Shown here piece after piece: positions 63,490 to 64,000 of a DNA stretch of 64,000 nt. The stretch spans positions 1,364,001 through 1,428,000 of the forward strand of contig JAQFVV010000006.1 in NCBI GenBank assembly GCA_028023455.1, given 5' to 3'. A program made the position numbers and the translations under genes. The DNA comes from Epiperipatus broadwayi (Eukaryota; Animalia; Onychophora). Below the pieces are notes generated by a model. That model worked only from the letters and a program-made list of their open reading frames with translations. It ran no database searches and was not told the DNA's origin. Each line of letters begins with the position of its first letter. The first letter of the stretch is position 1.

Positions 63490-63930
63490 TTTTCTAATGG
63501 CGGAAAAGTTGGAATAAAGTGAAATTCTGTTTTCTTTTAGGGAAAATGGTAGGGAAAACAGTTGTAATGCTTGAAAGGGGTTACAAGAAAGCTGTTCTGG
63601 AGAAAACACAAGTTTATGAATGATTTATTGAAATTGTCAAATTCACCTGCTCTAAAAATTATGGTGAGTGAAGTCCTCTGAAGAGATAATACTGATATTT
63701 TTTTTATTGACACAAATAGCATTTTTCTCTCAAAATTAGTCCTTAACAGTCAAGTGTTTTATCTACCAGTTTTAAAACATTTGCATGATGTGGTAAAAAT
63801 GTAAATGTCCCATTTTGTGGCAAAGTAAGAAGGACAAGCTTTACCATGATAATGCCTCTGCATGCAGTCTTGAGTGTGAAACCATTTTAATCGAATTCAG
63901 CATGATCCAGCTTATCTAAGTTGTATTCAT
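63490..63930 (+). mobile_element. Decayed, internally deleted mariner transposase
   Basis: KVKFCFLLGKMVGKTVVMLERGYKKAVLEKTQVYE*F (mariner helix-turn-helix region), followed by KIMV..FFD and YHDNA remnants. Confidence 0.8.
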
Positions 63931-64000
63931 TTGGTCTCTAATCATGTGACTTCTTTTTATTCCCTCGAATGAAAGAATGTCTCAAAATTTTTTTTGCTGA

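Noticed and set aside
382-63722. Remaining 60-128 aa ORFs in the track as genes
   Set aside because: They have low-complexity, AT-driven composition (F/I/L/Y/K-rich), lack recognisable domains, and lie in introns or overlap repeats.

Overview
AT-rich, repeat-dense animal genomic DNA, probably an arthropod (the species cannot be fixed from sequence). It contains the 5' halves of two divergently transcribed spliced genes whose start codons are 555 bp apart. GGNBP2 is on the minus strand (6 coding exons, 30563 down to 1100, continuing off the left edge). The DEAD-box helicase DDX55/Spb4 is on the plus strand (3 coding exons, 31119 to 61505, continuing off the right edge). Apart from these exons the short ORFs in the track are transposon debris or noise. 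The introns hold decayed RTE, CR1/L2-like, R4/Dong-like and Penelope-like retroelements, hAT, pogo-like and mariner DNA transposons, and tRNA-derived SINEs. The notable signal is RNA-level. At least five sequence families of small, apparently non-coding repeats each carry a minimal type I hammerhead ribozyme motif (stem I-CUGANGA-stem II-GAAA-short, mostly palindromic stem III-NUH-stem I'), with about 30 intact or decayed motif copies in total. They occur as fold-back (inverted) insertions, as longer-than-unit tandem copies (periods 442, 260 and 331 nt), and in one family behind a Pol III tRNA-like head. This fits Penelope-mobilised, retrozyme-like elements. All calls were made by eye; ribozyme activity and novelty relative to repeat databases are untested.
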